Shown here piece by piece: positions 22,881 to 34,688 of a stretch of 64,000 bases of DNA (position 1 is the first letter of the stretch; the number at the start of each line of letters is the position of its first letter). This stretch comes from Tequatrovirus BCH953P2, in sequence record OZ035785.1. The stretch is one strand, 5' to 3'. Under the pieces are notes generated by a model. It was not told the DNA's origin and made no database searches. It saw only the letters and a program-made list of their open reading frames with translations. Both the position numbers and the translations under genes were made by a program.

Positions 22881-25800
22881 ATGGCCGAGATTAAAAGAAA
22901 GTTCAGAGCAGAAGATGGTCTGGACGCAGGTGGTGATAAAATAATCAACGTAGCTTTAGCTGATCGTACCGTAGGAACTGACGGTGTTAACGTTGATTAC
23001 TTAATTCAAGAAAACACAGTTCAACAATATGATCCAACTCGTGGATATTTAAAAGATTTCGTAATCATTTATGATAACCGTTTTTGGGCTGCTATAAATG
23101 ATATTCCAAAACCAGCAGGAGCTTTTAATAGCGGACGCTGGAGAGCATTACGTACCGATGCTAACTGGATTACGGTTTCATCTGGTTCATATCAATTAAA
23201 ATCCGGTGAAGCTATTTCGGTTAATACTGCAGCTGGAAATGACATCACGTTTACTTTACCATCTTCTCCAATTGATGGTGATACTATCGTTCTCCAAGAT
23301 ATTGGAGGAAAACCCGGAGTTAACCAAGTTTTAATTGTAGCTCCAGTACAAAGTATTGTAAACTTTAGAGGTGAACAAGTACGTTCAGTACTAATGACTC
23401 ATCCAAAGTCACAGCTAGTTTTAATTTTTAGTAATCGTCTGTGGCAAATGTATGTTGCTGATTATAGTAGAGAAGCTGTAATTGTAACACCAGCGAATAC
23501 TTATCAAGCACAATCAAACGATTTTATCGTACGTAGATTTACTTCTGCTGCACCGATTAATATTAAACTTCCAAGATTTGCTAATCATGGCGATATTATT
23601 AATTTCGTCGATTTAGATAAACTAAATCCGCTTTATCATACAATTGTTACTACATACGATGAAACGACTTCAATACAAGAAGTTGGAACTCATTCCATTG
23701 AAGGCCGTACAACAATTGACGGTTTCTTGATGTTTGATGATAATGAGAAATTGTGGAGATTGTTTGACGGGGATAGTAAAGCGCGTTTACGCATTATAAC
23801 GACTAATTCTAATATTCGTCCAAATGAAGAAGTTATGGTATTTGGTGCGAATAACGGAACAACTCAAACAATTGAGCTTAAGCTTCCAACTAATATTTCT
23901 GTTGGTGATACTGTTAAAATTTCCATGAATTACATGAGAAAAGGACAAACAGTTAAAATCAAAGCTGCTGATGAAGATAAAATTGCTTCTTCAGTTCAAT
24001 TGCTGCAATTCCCAAAACGCTCAGAATATCCGCCTGAAGCTGAGTGGGTTACAGTCCAAGAATTAGTTTTTAATGGTGAAACTAATTATGTTCCAGTTTT
24101 AGAGCTTGCTTATATAGAAGATTCTGATGGAAAATACTGGGTTGTACAGCAAAACGTTCCAACCGTAGAAAGAGTAGATTCTTTAAATGATTCTACTAGA
24201 GCAAGATTAGGCGTAATTGCTTTAGCTACACAAGCTCAAGCTAATGTCGATTTAGAAAATTCTCCACAAAAAGAATTAGCAATTACTCCAGAAACGTTAG
24301 CTAATCGTACTGCTACTGAAACTCGCAGAGGTATTGCAAGAATAGCAACTACTGCTCAAGTGAATCAGAACACCACATTCTCTTTTGCTGATGATATTAT
24401 CATCACTCCTAAAAAGCTGAATGAAAGAACTGCTACTGAAACTCGCAGAGGTGTCGCTGAAATTGCTACGCAGCAGGAAACTAATACAGGTACTGATGAT
24501 ACTACAATCATCACTCCTAAAAAGCTTCAAGCTCGTCAAGGTTCTGAATCATTATCTGGTATTGTAACTTTTGTATCTACTGCAGGTGCTACTCCAGCTT
24601 CTAGCCGTGAATTAAATGGTACGAATGTTTATAATAAAAACACTAATAATTTAGTTGTTTCACCTAAAGCTTTGGATCAGTATAAAGCTACGCCTACTCA
24701 ACAGGGTGCAGTAATTTTAGCAGTTGAAAGTGAAGTAATTGCTGGACAAAGTCAGCAAGGATGGGCAAATGCTGTTGTAACGCCAGAAACGTTACATAAA
24801 AAGACATCAACTGATGGAAGAATTGGTTTAATTGAAATTGCTACGCAAAGTGAAGTTAATACAGGAACTGATTATACTCGTGCAGTCACTCCTAAAACTT
24901 TAAATGACCGTAAAGCAACTGAAAGTTTAAGTGGTATAGCTGAAATTGCTACACAAGTTGAATTCGACGCAGGCGTCGACGATACTCGTATCTCTACACC
25001 ATTAAAAATTAAAACTAGATTTAATAGTACTGATCGTACTTCTGTTGTTGCTCTATCTGGATTAGTTGAATCAGGAACTCTCTGGGACCATTATACCCTT
25101 AATATTCTTGAAGCAAATGAGACACAGCGTGGTACACTTCGTGTAGCTACACAAGTTGAAGCTGCTGCAGGAACATTAGATAATGTTTTAATAACTCCTA
25201 AAAAGCTTTTAGGTACTAAATCTACCGAATCGCAAGAAGGTGTTATTAAAGTTGCAACTCAGTCTGAAACTGTGACTGGAACGTCAGCAAATACTGCTGT
25301 ATCTCCAAAAAATTTAAAATGGATTGTGCAGAGTGAACCTACTTGGGCAGCTACTACTGCAATAAGAGGTTTTGTTAAAACTTCATCTGGTTCAATTACA
25401 TTCGTTGGTAATGATACAGTTGGTTCTACCCAAGATTTAGAACTGTATGAGAAAAATAGCTATGCGGTATCACCATATGAATTAAACCGTGTATTAGCAA
25501 ATTATTTGCCATTAAAAGCAAAAGCTGCTGATACAAATTTATTGGATGGTCTAGATTCATCTCAATTCATTCGTAGGGATATTGCACAGACGGTTAATGG
25601 TTCACTAACCTTAACTCAACAAACGAATCTGAGTGCCCCTCTTGTATCATCTAGTACTGCTACGTTTGGCGGATCAGTTTCGGCAAACAGCACATTAACT
25701 ATTTCTAATACTGGAACGGCAACTCGTCTGATTTTTGAGAAAGGACCTCAAACTGGAACTAACCCAGTACAGACGATGACTATCAGAGTTTGGGGAAATC

Positions 25801-26750
25801 AGTTTGGTGGCGGTTCAGATACAACACGTTCTACTGTATTTGAAGTTGGTGATGAAACGTCTAATCACTTTTATTCTCAACGCAATAAAGCTGGGAATAT
25901 AACGTTTAGTATCAATGGTACTGTAATGCCAATAAATGTTAATGCTTCGGGTTCTTTGAATGCGAACGGCGTTGCAACATTTGGTAGTTCAGTTACAGCC
26001 AATGGCGAATTCATCAGCAAGTCTGCAAATGCTTTCAGAGCAATAAATGGCGACTATGGATTCTTTATTCGCAATGATGCTGCTAACACCTATTTTATGC
26101 TTACTGCATCGGGTGATCAGACTGGCGGATTTAATGGATTACGTCCTTTAGCTATTAATAATGCATCTGGTCAAGTAACGATTGGTGAAAGCTTAATCAT
26201 TGCCAAAGGTGCTACTATAAATTCAGGTGGTTTAACTGTTAACTCGAGAATTCGTTCTCAGGGCACTAAAACATCTGACTTATATACCCGTGCGCCAACA
26301 TCTGATACTGTAGGATTCTGGTCAATCGATATTAACGATTCAGCCACTTATAACCAGTTCCCGGGTTATTTTAAAATGGTTGAAAAAACTAATGAAGTGA
26401 CTGGGCTTCCATACTTAGAACGTGGAGAAGAAGTTAAATCTCCTGGTACACTGACTCAGTTTGGTAACACACTTGATTCGCTTTACCAAGATTGGATTAC
26501 TTATCCAACGACACCAGAAGCGCGTACCACTCGCTGGACACGTACATGGCAGAAAACCAAAAACTCTTGGTCAAGTTTTGTTCAGGTATTTGACGGAGGT
26601 AACCCTCCTCAACCATCTGATATCGGTGCTTTACCATCTGATAATGCTACAATGGGCAATCTTACTATTCGTGATTTCTTACGAATTGGTAATGTTCGCA
26701 TTGTTCCTGACCCAGTGAATAAATCTGTTAAATTTGAATGGGTTGAATAA
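22881..26750 (+). CDS. 34: long tail fibre proximal subunit gp34
   Basis: 1289 aa; internal repeats of I/VTPKKL..T/SE..GV..IAT. Confidence 0.9.
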   Translation: MAEIKRKFRAEDGLDAGGDKIINVALADRTVGTDGVNVDYLIQENTVQQYDPTRGYLKDFVIIYDNRFWAAINDIPKPAGAFNSGRWRALRTDANWITVSSGSYQLKSGEAISVNTAAGNDITFTLPSSPIDGDTIVLQDIGGKPGVNQVLIVAPVQSIVNFRGEQVRSVLMTHPKSQLVLIFSNRLWQMYVADYSREAVIVTPANTYQAQSNDFIVRRFTSAAPINIKLPRFANHGDIINFVDLDKLNPLYHTIVTTYDETTSIQEVGTHSIEGRTTIDGFLMFDDNEKLWRLFDGDSKARLRIITTNSNIRPNEEVMVFGANNGTTQTIELKLPTNISVGDTVKISMNYMRKGQTVKIKAADEDKIASSVQLLQFPKRSEYPPEAEWVTVQELVFNGETNYVPVLELAYIEDSDGKYWVVQQNVPTVERVDSLNDSTRARLGVIALATQAQANVDLENSPQKELAITPETLANRTATETRRGIARIATTAQVNQNTTFSFADDIIITPKKLNERTATETRRGVAEIATQQETNTGTDDTTIITPKKLQARQGSESLSGIVTFVSTAGATPASSRELNGTNVYNKNTNNLVVSPKALDQYKATPTQQGAVILAVESEVIAGQSQQGWANAVVTPETLHKKTSTDGRIGLIEIATQSEVNTGTDYTRAVTPKTLNDRKATESLSGIAEIATQVEFDAGVDDTRISTPLKIKTRFNSTDRTSVVALSGLVESGTLWDHYTLNILEANETQRGTLRVATQVEAAAGTLDNVLITPKKLLGTKSTESQEGVIKVATQSETVTGTSANTAVSPKNLKWIVQSEPTWAATTAIRGFVKTSSGSITFVGNDTVGSTQDLELYEKNSYAVSPYELNRVLANYLPLKAKAADTNLLDGLDSSQFIRRDIAQTVNGSLTLTQQTNLSAPLVSSSTATFGGSVSANSTLTISNTGTATRLIFEKGPQTGTNPVQTMTIRVWGNQFGGGSDTTRSTVFEVGDETSNHFYSQRNKAGNITFSINGTVMPINVNASGSLNANGVATFGSSVTANGEFISKSANAFRAINGDYGFFIRNDAANTYFMLTASGDQTGGFNGLRPLAINNASGQVTIGESLIIAKGATINSGGLTVNSRIRSQGTKTSDLYTRAPTSDTVGFWSIDINDSATYNQFPGYFKMVEKTNEVTGLPYLERGEEVKSPGTLTQFGNTLDSLYQDWITYPTTPEARTTRWTRTWQKTKNSWSSFVQVFDGGNPPQPSDIGALPSDNATMGNLTIRDFLRIGNVRIVPDPVNKSVKFEWVE

Positions 26751-26758
26751 GAGGTATT

Positions 26759-27874
26759 ATGGAAAAATTTATGGCAGAGTTTGGACAAGGATATGTCCAA
26801 ACGCCATTTTTATCGGAAAGTAATTCAGTAAGATACAAAATAAGTATAGCGGGTTCTTGCCCGCTTTCTACTGCAGGACCATATGTTAAATTTCAAGATA
26901 ATCCTGTCGGAAGTCAAACATTTAGCACAGGTCTTCATTTAAGAGTTTTTGACCCTTCCACAGGAGCATTAGTTGATAGTAAGTCATATGCTTTTTCGAC
27001 TTCAAATGATACTACATCAGCTGCTTTTGTTAGTTTCATGAATTCTTTGACGAATAATCGAATTGTTGCTATATTAACTAGCGGAAAGGTTAATTTTCCT
27101 CCTGAAGTAGTATCTTGGTTAAGAACAGCAGGAACGTCTGCCTTTCCATCTGACTCTATATTGTCAAGATTTGACGTATCATATGCTGCTTTTTATACTT
27201 CTTCTAAAAGAGCTATTGCATTAGAGCATGTTAAACTGAGTAATAGAAAAAGCACAGATGATTATCAAACTATTTTAGATGTTGTATTTGACAGTTTAGA
27301 AGACGTCGGAGCTACCGGGTTTCCAAGAAGAACGTACGAAAGCGTTGAGCAATTTATGTCAGCGGTTGGTGGAACTAATAACGAAATTGCGCGATTGCCA
27401 ACTTCAGCTGCTATAAGTAAATTATCCGATTATAATTTAATTCCTGGTGATGTTCTTTATCTTAAAACACAGCTATACGCCGATGCTGATTTACTTGCTC
27501 TTGGAACTACAAATATATCTATCCGTTTTTATAATGCATCAAATGGATATATTTCCTCGACACAAGCTGAGTTTACTGGGCAAGCTGGATCTTGGGAATT
27601 AAAGGAAGATTATGTAGTTGTTCCAGAAAACGCTGTAGGATTTACGATATATGCACAAAGAACTGCACAAGCTGGCCAAGGTGGCATGAGAAATTTAAGC
27701 TTTTCTGAAGTGTCAAGAAATGGTAGTATTTCGAAACCCGCTGAATTTGGCGTCAATGGTATTCGTGTTAATTATATCTGTGAATCCGCTTCACCTCCGG
27801 ATATAATGGTACTTCCTACACAAGCATCGTCTAAAACTGGTAAAGTGTTTGGACAAGAATTTAGAGAAGTATAA
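26759..27874 (+). CDS. 35: long tail fibre hinge protein gp35
   Basis: 371 aa following gp34; AAGAGG ribosome-binding site. Confidence 0.85.
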   Translation: MEKFMAEFGQGYVQTPFLSESNSVRYKISIAGSCPLSTAGPYVKFQDNPVGSQTFSTGLHLRVFDPSTGALVDSKSYAFSTSNDTTSAAFVSFMNSLTNNRIVAILTSGKVNFPPEVVSWLRTAGTSAFPSDSILSRFDVSYAAFYTSSKRAIALEHVKLSNRKSTDDYQTILDVVFDSLEDVGATGFPRRTYESVEQFMSAVGGTNNEIARLPTSAAISKLSDYNLIPGDVLYLKTQLYADADLLALGTTNISIRFYNASNGYISSTQAEFTGQAGSWELKEDYVVVPENAVGFTIYAQRTAQAGQGGMRNLSFSEVSRNGSISKPAEFGVNGIRVNYICESASPPDIMVLPTQASSKTGKVFGQEFREV

Positions 27875-27879
27875 ATTGA

Positions 27880-27897
27880 GGGAGCCTTCGGGTTCCC
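27880..27897 (+). terminator. hairpin (UUCG loop) plus U-tract after gene 35
   Basis: gggagcc-ttcg-ggttccc followed by tttttcttt. Confidence 0.55.
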
Positions 27898-27905
27898 TTT
27901 TTCTT

Positions 27906-27913
27906 TATAAATA
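27906..27913 (+). promoter_or_regulatory. late promoter TATAAATA for genes 36-37-38
   Basis: Exact TATAAATA 24 nt upstream of the gene 36 ATG. Confidence 0.7.
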
Positions 27914-27936
27914 CTATTAAAATAAAGGGGCATACA

Positions 27937-28626
27937 ATGGCTGATTTAAAAGTAGGTTCAACAACTGGAGGCTCTGTCATTTGGCATCAAGGAAATTTTC
28001 CATTGAATCCAGCCGGTGACGATGTACTCTATAAATCATTTAAAATATATTCAGAATATAACAAACCACAGGCAGCTGATAACGATTTCGTTTCTAAAGC
28101 TAATGGTGGCACAGATTCTCAAGGTTTCCAAAAAGAAGTAGAATTTAAAAAAGGTGTTAAGATTTCTACAACGTTTTCTGGCGGTTCAAACCTGAATGGG
28201 TTATATTCTGGCAATGGAGATGGAGCTTCCAGAGAAAAAGCTAACATGGATTTACATTCATGGTACGGCATTGGTATTTGGAACTCATGCACAGGTGATG
28301 GGATCCAGGGACGCACAATCTGGTTTAATGCCAGGCGTGGTACAGTTGAAACAGTTGGCGATATTGTTTCAAGCCGACAAGTTATTTCTAATGCTTCAGG
28401 ACCGACCGGCCCAGCACACTTAACTCGTAAAGATTATGTTGATGGAGCAATAAATACTGTTATGGCAAATGCAAACTCTAGAGTGTTGCGTTCTGGCGAC
28501 ACTATGACAGGTAATTTAACGGCGCCAAACTTTTTCTCACAGAATCCTGCATCTCAACCTTCACATGTTCCACGATTTGACCAAATCGTAATTAAGGATT
28601 CTGTTCAAGATTTCGGCTATTATTAA
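27937..28626 (+). CDS. 36: long tail fibre distal connector gp36
   Basis: 229 aa between gp35 and gp37. Confidence 0.85.
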   Translation: MADLKVGSTTGGSVIWHQGNFPLNPAGDDVLYKSFKIYSEYNKPQAADNDFVSKANGGTDSQGFQKEVEFKKGVKISTTFSGGSNLNGLYSGNGDGASREKANMDLHSWYGIGIWNSCTGDGIQGRTIWFNARRGTVETVGDIVSSRQVISNASGPTGPAHLTRKDYVDGAINTVMANANSRVLRSGDTMTGNLTAPNFFSQNPASQPSHVPRFDQIVIKDSVQDFGYY

Positions 28627-28634
28627 GAGGACTT

Positions 28635-31600
28635 ATGGCTACTTTAAAACAAATACAATTTAAAAGAAGCAAAACCGCAGGTGCACGTCCTGCTGCTTCA
28701 GTATTAGCCGAAGGTGAATTGGCTATAAACTTAAAAGATAGAACAATTTTTACTAAAGATGATTCAGGAAATATCATTGATCTAGGTATTGCTAAAGGCG
28801 GCCAGGTTGATGGTGATGTAACTATCAACGGTAAATTAACATTAAATGGCGCGTATGTTCAGACGCTGGCTGGTATTAATACTACGGGTGGTATTAATTC
28901 TGGAGCCGCTATAAGTGCAACAACTTATTATGCTCGGTCTGGTTCTTTTTATGCTCGTGCTCCAGATGCCAATGCGAATACACATGTTTGGTTTGAAAAT
29001 AACAATGGTATAGAACGTGGTGTGATTTGGGCTGTTCCGAACACTTCAGACCTAGGCTCGGTACGTATTCGAGCAAAAACTGCAGGTGGTGTTTTTGCTG
29101 GCGAGTACAGTTTCCGCTCTGACGGCCAATTTGATGTTCCTGTAGCAGTTAAAATCGGCGGAGCAGCGATGCTAACCAAAGATGGCAACATTACCTCTGG
29201 TTCTATGTTTGGCGGTAACCTTAACAACTATTTGACTTCTATTAAAAATGACATTGTTGCCGGTGATAATAAGAAAGTAAGTAAAACCGGTGACACGATG
29301 TCCGGTAACTTGACTATTAACGCTAACTTAAAAGTCGAAAACTCTAATGGAACGTTTGTTGATTTAGGTTCAGAGAACTCTGATAAGTATAGCAGATTAA
29401 CTCTTGCTCGTAAAATTGGCGATGGCGCTGGTGTAGCAATGCTTAAAGTTACTCCTGAAGGAAACGTGCAATTTGGTTATCAATCTACAGTTGCTACTCC
29501 ATCTCCTACCAAGTATATTCTAATTAAACCTAAGGGTCTTGAAGTAGAAGGTGATTTAGTTTTTAAGCAAACTTATCGTGGTGTTGAAGAAGCATTTGAT
29601 ATTACTGATCAGACTATTGACCTTAATAGCCTTATTATTAGAGCATCAGATTTAGGTACTCGTAAGCTGTATAAATGCAGATCATCTGGAGGTGGTTCTA
29701 ATATATTGAACAAACCTACATCTGACGGCAACTTTACTCTTGAAGTTCTGTCTTTACGCAAGGTTTCTGATACCGATTGGTCATGTAAGCAGACCTTTAC
29801 TACAAAGAACAATAATGTTGTAGGCGTATATGTTCGCTACGGGCAAGGCGGCTCATGGTCTGCATGGCAAGAAGTTGTATCTGGCGTTCAGCCAATTAAT
29901 TTAGGTGGTACTGGAGCAACTTCTGCAGCTGCTGCCCGTAATAACCTTGGTGTTGGTGCAGGCCAAACTGTAACATTCGGTAATTTAGTTACCACCGATT
30001 TAACCGTAAATGGAAATGCTAGATTAGTCGGAAGACTGAACTTTGGTTCTAATTCTCAGTCGGCTGGTGTATTACGAGCCAACGAAGGTGGGGCTGTTGT
30101 TTTAGGTTCTGCAATTGGTGCAAACATCCACATCAGAGCAGGAAGCGGCGATACTTCTACAGGTGAAACTCGCTTTGAGCCAAATGGTAACGTTGTAGTT
30201 AGTGGTGCTATTACAGCATCTCGGTCTATTACAGTTAATACTGCCGCTGATGCTATTATTATTAATGCTCCAACGCAAGAGTCTTCTAACTTCATCCAAG
30301 GACGTAAAGCCAATGTTAATAAATGGTATGTGGGTATTGTCTCCGAAGGGGATATGGTACGTCTACATAACCAAGTATATTCTCACGGTATTGCATTAAA
30401 CTCTGATACTGTCGATATTACTAAGCCTCTTAAAGTTGGAAATGTCAAACTAGGAACTGATGGTAATATCACCGGTGGTTCTGGCAATTTTTCTAACTTG
30501 AACACAACATTAAACCGTAAAGTTAATGTTGGCGTATGGTCAGGTACCACTAAAACAGTAGGCTGGTACTGGTACAAATTTGCTACTGTAACAATGCCAC
30601 AATCTACATCTACCGCGCGTTTCAAAATTATCGGCGGGAATGGTTATAATGCTAATTCTCCTGAACAAGCATCTGTAAGTGAAATTGTTCTTAGAACTGG
30701 TAATAATAATCCTAAATCTATTAATGCGGTGCTGTGGTCTAGCACTAGTACCAGCCCGTCAAACATTGCTACAGTGAATACATCTGGCGATGATTATGAT
30801 GTATATGTATACATGGGCTCTTTTGCCCAATCTTTATTAGTTGAATATGATGCTACAGTGAATATTAGCAATATTTCGGTAATCGGTCTTAATGGTGCAT
30901 CTCAATCACCGGTAGAAGAATTACCTGCAGACCATGTACTTGGACACGTGTATAAGATGTATTCCGATGCTCAGATACCTTATCCGGTCGGTGCTCCAAT
31001 TCCATGGCCACGTGATTCAATTCCTGATGGATTTGCTTTAATGGAAGGCCAGACCTTTGATAAGTCTGCATATCCAAAGCTAGCTATAGCGTATCCTGGT
31101 GGTGTTATTCCTGATATGCGAGGCCAGACTATTAAGGGTAAACCGAGCGGTCGTGCTGTGTTGAGTGCTGAAGCTGATGGTATTAAGTCCCATACCCATA
31201 TTGCCTCAGCATCCACTACTGCTTTGTCTGGTACTACAAGCGCTACTGATTTAGGGACTAAAACTGTTAGTACAACAGATCTAGGCCGTAAACATACTAA
31301 CACCGCTGGTGCACATACTCATACAGTATCCGGTACAACGAGTACTGACGGTAGGCACGCACACACTGCTTCACTTGGTAACAACGCTAACGTTCAGTCC
31401 GGTAGATTTGCAGCATCCAATTCCGGTCAGACAGCAACGACATGGACAAACGAGGATGGTCTACACTCACACACGTGGTCAGGTACTACGTCAGTAGGTC
31501 CAGAGCACAGTCACTATACTGATATCGGTACACATAACCATACGGTGGCTATAGGTTCACATACTCACACGTTTTCTATTGCTGCTCATGACCATACGAT

Positions 31601-31676
31601 TACTGTAAATAGTACAGGTAATACAGAAAACACGGTTAAAAACATTGCTTTTAACTACATCGTTCGTTTAGCATAA
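28635..31676 (+). CDS. 37: long tail fibre distal subunit gp37 (receptor-binding tip)
   Basis: 1013 aa; C-terminal His-x-His repeat region (HTHT, HNHT, HDHT). Confidence 0.9.
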   Translation: MATLKQIQFKRSKTAGARPAASVLAEGELAINLKDRTIFTKDDSGNIIDLGIAKGGQVDGDVTINGKLTLNGAYVQTLAGINTTGGINSGAAISATTYYARSGSFYARAPDANANTHVWFENNNGIERGVIWAVPNTSDLGSVRIRAKTAGGVFAGEYSFRSDGQFDVPVAVKIGGAAMLTKDGNITSGSMFGGNLNNYLTSIKNDIVAGDNKKVSKTGDTMSGNLTINANLKVENSNGTFVDLGSENSDKYSRLTLARKIGDGAGVAMLKVTPEGNVQFGYQSTVATPSPTKYILIKPKGLEVEGDLVFKQTYRGVEEAFDITDQTIDLNSLIIRASDLGTRKLYKCRSSGGGSNILNKPTSDGNFTLEVLSLRKVSDTDWSCKQTFTTKNNNVVGVYVRYGQGGSWSAWQEVVSGVQPINLGGTGATSAAAARNNLGVGAGQTVTFGNLVTTDLTVNGNARLVGRLNFGSNSQSAGVLRANEGGAVVLGSAIGANIHIRAGSGDTSTGETRFEPNGNVVVSGAITASRSITVNTAADAIIINAPTQESSNFIQGRKANVNKWYVGIVSEGDMVRLHNQVYSHGIALNSDTVDITKPLKVGNVKLGTDGNITGGSGNFSNLNTTLNRKVNVGVWSGTTKTVGWYWYKFATVTMPQSTSTARFKIIGGNGYNANSPEQASVSEIVLRTGNNNPKSINAVLWSSTSTSPSNIATVNTSGDDYDVYVYMGSFAQSLLVEYDATVNISNISVIGLNGASQSPVEELPADHVLGHVYKMYSDAQIPYPVGAPIPWPRDSIPDGFALMEGQTFDKSAYPKLAIAYPGGVIPDMRGQTIKGKPSGRAVLSAEADGIKSHTHIASASTTALSGTTSATDLGTKTVSTTDLGRKHTNTAGAHTHTVSGTTSTDGRHAHTASLGNNANVQSGRFAASNSGQTATTWTNEDGLHSHTWSGTTSVGPEHSHYTDIGTHNHTVAIGSHTHTFSIAAHDHTITVNSTGNTENTVKNIAFNYIVRLA

Positions 31677-31706
31677 GGAGAGGGGCTTCGGCCCCTTCTA
31701 AATATG
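31675..31706 (+). promoter_or_regulatory. Shine-Dalgarno / hairpin / AUG initiation structure of gene 38
   Basis: AAGGAG, then hairpin aggggc-ttcg-gcccct, then ATG 23 nt downstream. Confidence 0.6.
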
Positions 31707-32255
31707 AAAATCTATCATTATTATTTTGACACGAAAGAATTTTACAAAGAAGAAAATTACAAACCGATTAAAGGCATTGGTCTTCCTGCTCATTCAACAA
31801 ATAAAAAACCTTTAGATCCTAAAGAAGGATACGCAGTTGTATTTGATGAACGTACTCAGGATTGGATTTATGAAGAAGACCATCGTGGTAAACGAGCATG
31901 GACTTTTAATAAAGAAGAAATTTTTATAAGTGACATTGGAAGCCCGGTTGGTATAACCTTTGATGAGCCCGGCGAATTTGATATATGGACTGATGATGGC
32001 TGGAAAGAAGACGAAACATATAAACGTGTTTTAATTCGTAATAGAAAAATTGAAGAATTATATAGAGAGTTCCAAGTTTTAAATAATATGATTGAAGCTT
32101 CTGTCGCCAATAAAAAGGAAAAATTCTATTATAAAAACCTTAAGCGGTTCTTTGCTCTTTTAGAAAAACATGAGCATTTAGGTGGTGAATTCCCTGCATG
32201 GCCTGAAAAAGAACAGAAGCCTTGGTATAAGCGTTTATTCAAGCATTACGTATAA
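31704..32255 (+). CDS. 38: tail fibre assembly chaperone gp38 (T4 type)
   Basis: 183 aa MKIYHYYFDTKEFYKEENYKP, T4-type rather than the T2-type adhesin. Confidence 0.85.
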   Translation: MKIYHYYFDTKEFYKEENYKPIKGIGLPAHSTNKKPLDPKEGYAVVFDERTQDWIYEEDHRGKRAWTFNKEEIFISDIGSPVGITFDEPGEFDIWTDDGWKEDETYKRVLIRNRKIEELYREFQVLNNMIEASVANKKEKFYYKNLKRFFALLEKHEHLGGEFPAWPEKEQKPWYKRLFKHYV

Positions 32256-32275
32256 ATATCTTAAAAGGAGGGTCT

Positions 32276-32932
32276 ATGGCAGCACCTAGAATATCATTTT
32301 CGCCCTCTGATATTCTGTTTGGTGTTCTAGATCGCTTGTTCAAAGATAACGCTACCGGGAAAGTTCTTGCTTCTCGGGTAGCTGTCGTAATTCTTTTGTT
32401 TATAATGGCGATTGTTTGGTATAGGGGAGATAGTTTCTTTGAGTACTACAAGCAATCAAAGTATGAAACATACAGTGAAATTATTGAAAAGGAAAGAAAT
32501 GCACGCTTTGAATCTGTCGCCCTGGAACAACTCCAGATAGTTCATATATCATCTGAGGCAGACTTTAGTGCGGTGTATTCTTTCCGCCCTAAAAACTTAA
32601 ACTATTTTGTTGATATTATAGCATATGAAGGAAAATTACCTTCAACAATAAGTGAAAAATCACTTGGAGGATATCCCGTTGATAAAACTATGGATGAATA
32701 TGCAGTTCATTTAAATGGACGTCATTATTATTCCAACTCAAAATTTGCTTTTTTACCAACTAAAAAGCCTACTCCCGAAATAAACTACATGTACAGTTGT
32801 CCATATTTTAATTTGGATAATATCTATGCTGGAACGATAACCATGTACTGGTATAGAAATGATCATATAAGTAATGACCGCCTTGAATCAATATGTGCTC
32901 AGGCGGCCAGAATATTAGGAAGGGCTAAATAA
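32276..32932 (+). CDS. t: holin T
   Basis: 218 aa; N-terminal TM segment then large periplasmic domain. Confidence 0.85.
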   Translation: MAAPRISFSPSDILFGVLDRLFKDNATGKVLASRVAVVILLFIMAIVWYRGDSFFEYYKQSKYETYSEIIEKERNARFESVALEQLQIVHISSEADFSAVYSFRPKNLNYFVDIIAYEGKLPSTISEKSLGGYPVDKTMDEYAVHLNGRHYYSNSKFAFLPTKKPTPEINYMYSCPYFNLDNIYAGTITMYWYRNDHISNDRLESICAQAARILGRAK

Positions 32933-33205
32933 TTATTTGTTCGTATACATCTCTAGATATCGATATACACCCTCAAAACCCTCGTTGAATTCGTCGATGA
33001 GGGTTTTCTTATCTTCTTGAGTTAATTCAGAAACAATTTTACGGAATGAATTCTGATTTAATTTTCTACCTTCATGCGTTACTCCAATCTCATTCAGAAA
33101 TGCAATAAAATTAGCACGATTCTCAACAATATCTTCTCTGGAAAATTTAATCAAAATAGACGCAACAGTAATAATTTCACGAACTGTATCAATGTTTTTA
33201 TTCAT
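32933..33205 (-). CDS. asiA: anti-sigma70 factor AsiA
   Basis: 90 aa MNKNIDTVREIITVASILIKFSREDIV matches recalled AsiA. Confidence 0.9.
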   Translation of the reverse strand: MNKNIDTVREIITVASILIKFSREDIVENRANFIAFLNEIGVTHEGRKLNQNSFRKIVSELTQEDKKTLIDEFNEGFEGVYRYLEMYTNK

Positions 33206-33366
33206 TAACTATACCACTCAATTAGTTGACTTTGTTATAATATCATCAGACGCTTGATTTGTAAACTGGTCTGTGTTATTTTCTTCAAAAATTTTTTCTA
33301 CGAATTCCTTGAACGACTCACGTTCCTGAGCTACATTATGCTCGATTACCTTTTCAAGATTATGAC

Positions 33367-33645
33367 TCATTCGAAATAATCTTCAATTTCGTAATCATGG
33401 ACATAAAACATTATAGTTTTTAATACATCATCGATACTTTTTCCTGGAGCTGGAATTACGTAGAAATATCCTGCTTTTGAGAGGTCTTTATAAGTTCCAA
33501 TCAAGAAATCATTATTCTCAAGATGCAGTTCTTCAACTAATTCATTAACAATTGAGTGGTATAAATTTGGTAGAAACTTATATAGCTTTTCTAGAATATC
33601 AATTTTGATTGTGTATTGAATCACAGACTGAGAATCAATAATCAT
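33367..33645 (-). CDS. arn: anti-restriction nuclease Arn (McrBC inhibitor)
   Basis: 92 aa adjacent to asiA. Confidence 0.65.
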   Translation of the reverse strand: MIIDSQSVIQYTIKIDILEKLYKFLPNLYHSIVNELVEELHLENNDFLIGTYKDLSKAGYFYVIPAPGKSIDDVLKTIMFYVHDYEIEDYFE

Positions 33646-33728
33646 AGACCTTCCCCTTATGTTTCTGTTTGCGATTAGATTCTTTAAACGCTTTCTTCTT
33701 ATCCTTATGAACAGAAGCTTTATTAAAA

Positions 33729-33947
33729 TTATGTTTTGCGACTAAATTGTTCATAATGCTGAATTACCTCTCTTAAACATTTGCATGTGAATGAAAACTT
33801 TTTAGCTACACCACATTCAAATATATGTTCTCTTAAATCACGTGTATCAGTATATCCCATCTCAACAATAAAATGCCGTATTAGATTTTTATCTTTATCA
33901 TTGAGAGAATTAAAATAATCAGATTTTGAATTAATTTCCCTGGCCAA
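33729..33947 (-). CDS. hypothetical protein
   Basis: 72-aa ORF. Confidence 0.4.
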   Translation of the reverse strand: MAREINSKSDYFNSLNDKDKNLIRHFIVEMGYTDTRDLREHIFECGVAKKFSFTCKCLREVIQHYEQFSRKT

Positions 33948-34227
33948 ATTGAATCACCTTCAGTTGACGTTTTAACTCTTTTATCATTTCTTCGTTCATC
34001 GCAATATAAAGATCGCGTAAAGCAGGTTTTAGCATTCCATTTACTGGAGAACTAAATGGACATATATAATCTTTTCCTACAAGCTTTTTGGTGAATTCCA
34101 TATCACAGAACTTAAATCCCGGCTCATTGGTATAAATTCCCCAATTAGTTGACATCATTTTGTTAGCATATTCCAGTGCCTGGATTTGATTCATAATTCC
34201 ATCAATTTGAAACTGTTTAATATTCAT
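33931..34227 (-). CDS. hypothetical protein
   Basis: 98-aa ORF. Confidence 0.4.
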   Translation of the reverse strand: MNIKQFQIDGIMNQIQALEYANKMMSTNWGIYTNEPGFKFCDMEFTKKLVGKDYICPFSSPVNGMLKPALRDLYIAMNEEMIKELKRQLKVIQFGQGN

Positions 34228-34688
34228 TAGTAAAGGTCCTCAGAGTAAAGTTCTTTTTCACTACCACCACGTTCAATACGTACTTGTCCAGCGTAAGTTG
34301 CAATAATCATTGCTTCTTCACGTGTCCAATAATTACTATATTGGTCAATAAACCCTTGGTCATCATCACAAACTTGCTGAGTAACTAATTGAGGTTTAAC
34401 TACATCTAAAACTTCTGCCATATCTTTAGAATAATGACGAGCACCTGGAATAACAAGAGTTCGTCCATCTTTTAATTTAAAACGGTTGGCTGCGCAAACA
34501 ATTCGTCGTTGATACTTTTGGTTTTCATCCCAGTACGCAGTCTGCCAACAGATTTCAGGAACTTCTTTCAGAATATCTTCTTCTGTGCATTTATAACCAT
34601 GCGCTTTAAATTTTTGAACAAGACTCTCCGGAGTCTCACGAGATAAAAGCACATTCAGCATTTTTAAACGATTAATAAATGGGTTCAT
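34227..34688 (-). CDS. hypothetical protein
   Basis: 153-aa ORF. Confidence 0.45.
   Translation of the reverse strand: MNPFINRLKMLNVLLSRETPESLVQKFKAHGYKCTEEDILKEVPEICWQTAYWDENQKYQRRIVCAANRFKLKDGRTLVIPGARHYSKDMAEVLDVVKPQLVTQQVCDDDQGFIDQYSNYWTREEAMIIATYAGQVRIERGGSEKELYSEDLY

Noticed and set aside
24297-24539. 80-aa minus-strand ORF inside gene 34
   Set aside because: Antisense to the tail-fibre gene; Ser-rich product reflects the repeat region in reverse.
28949-31497. Several 60 to 107-aa ORFs on both strands within gene 37
   Set aside because: All nested in the gp37 coding sequence in other frames; the GC-richer fibre gene generates spurious open frames.
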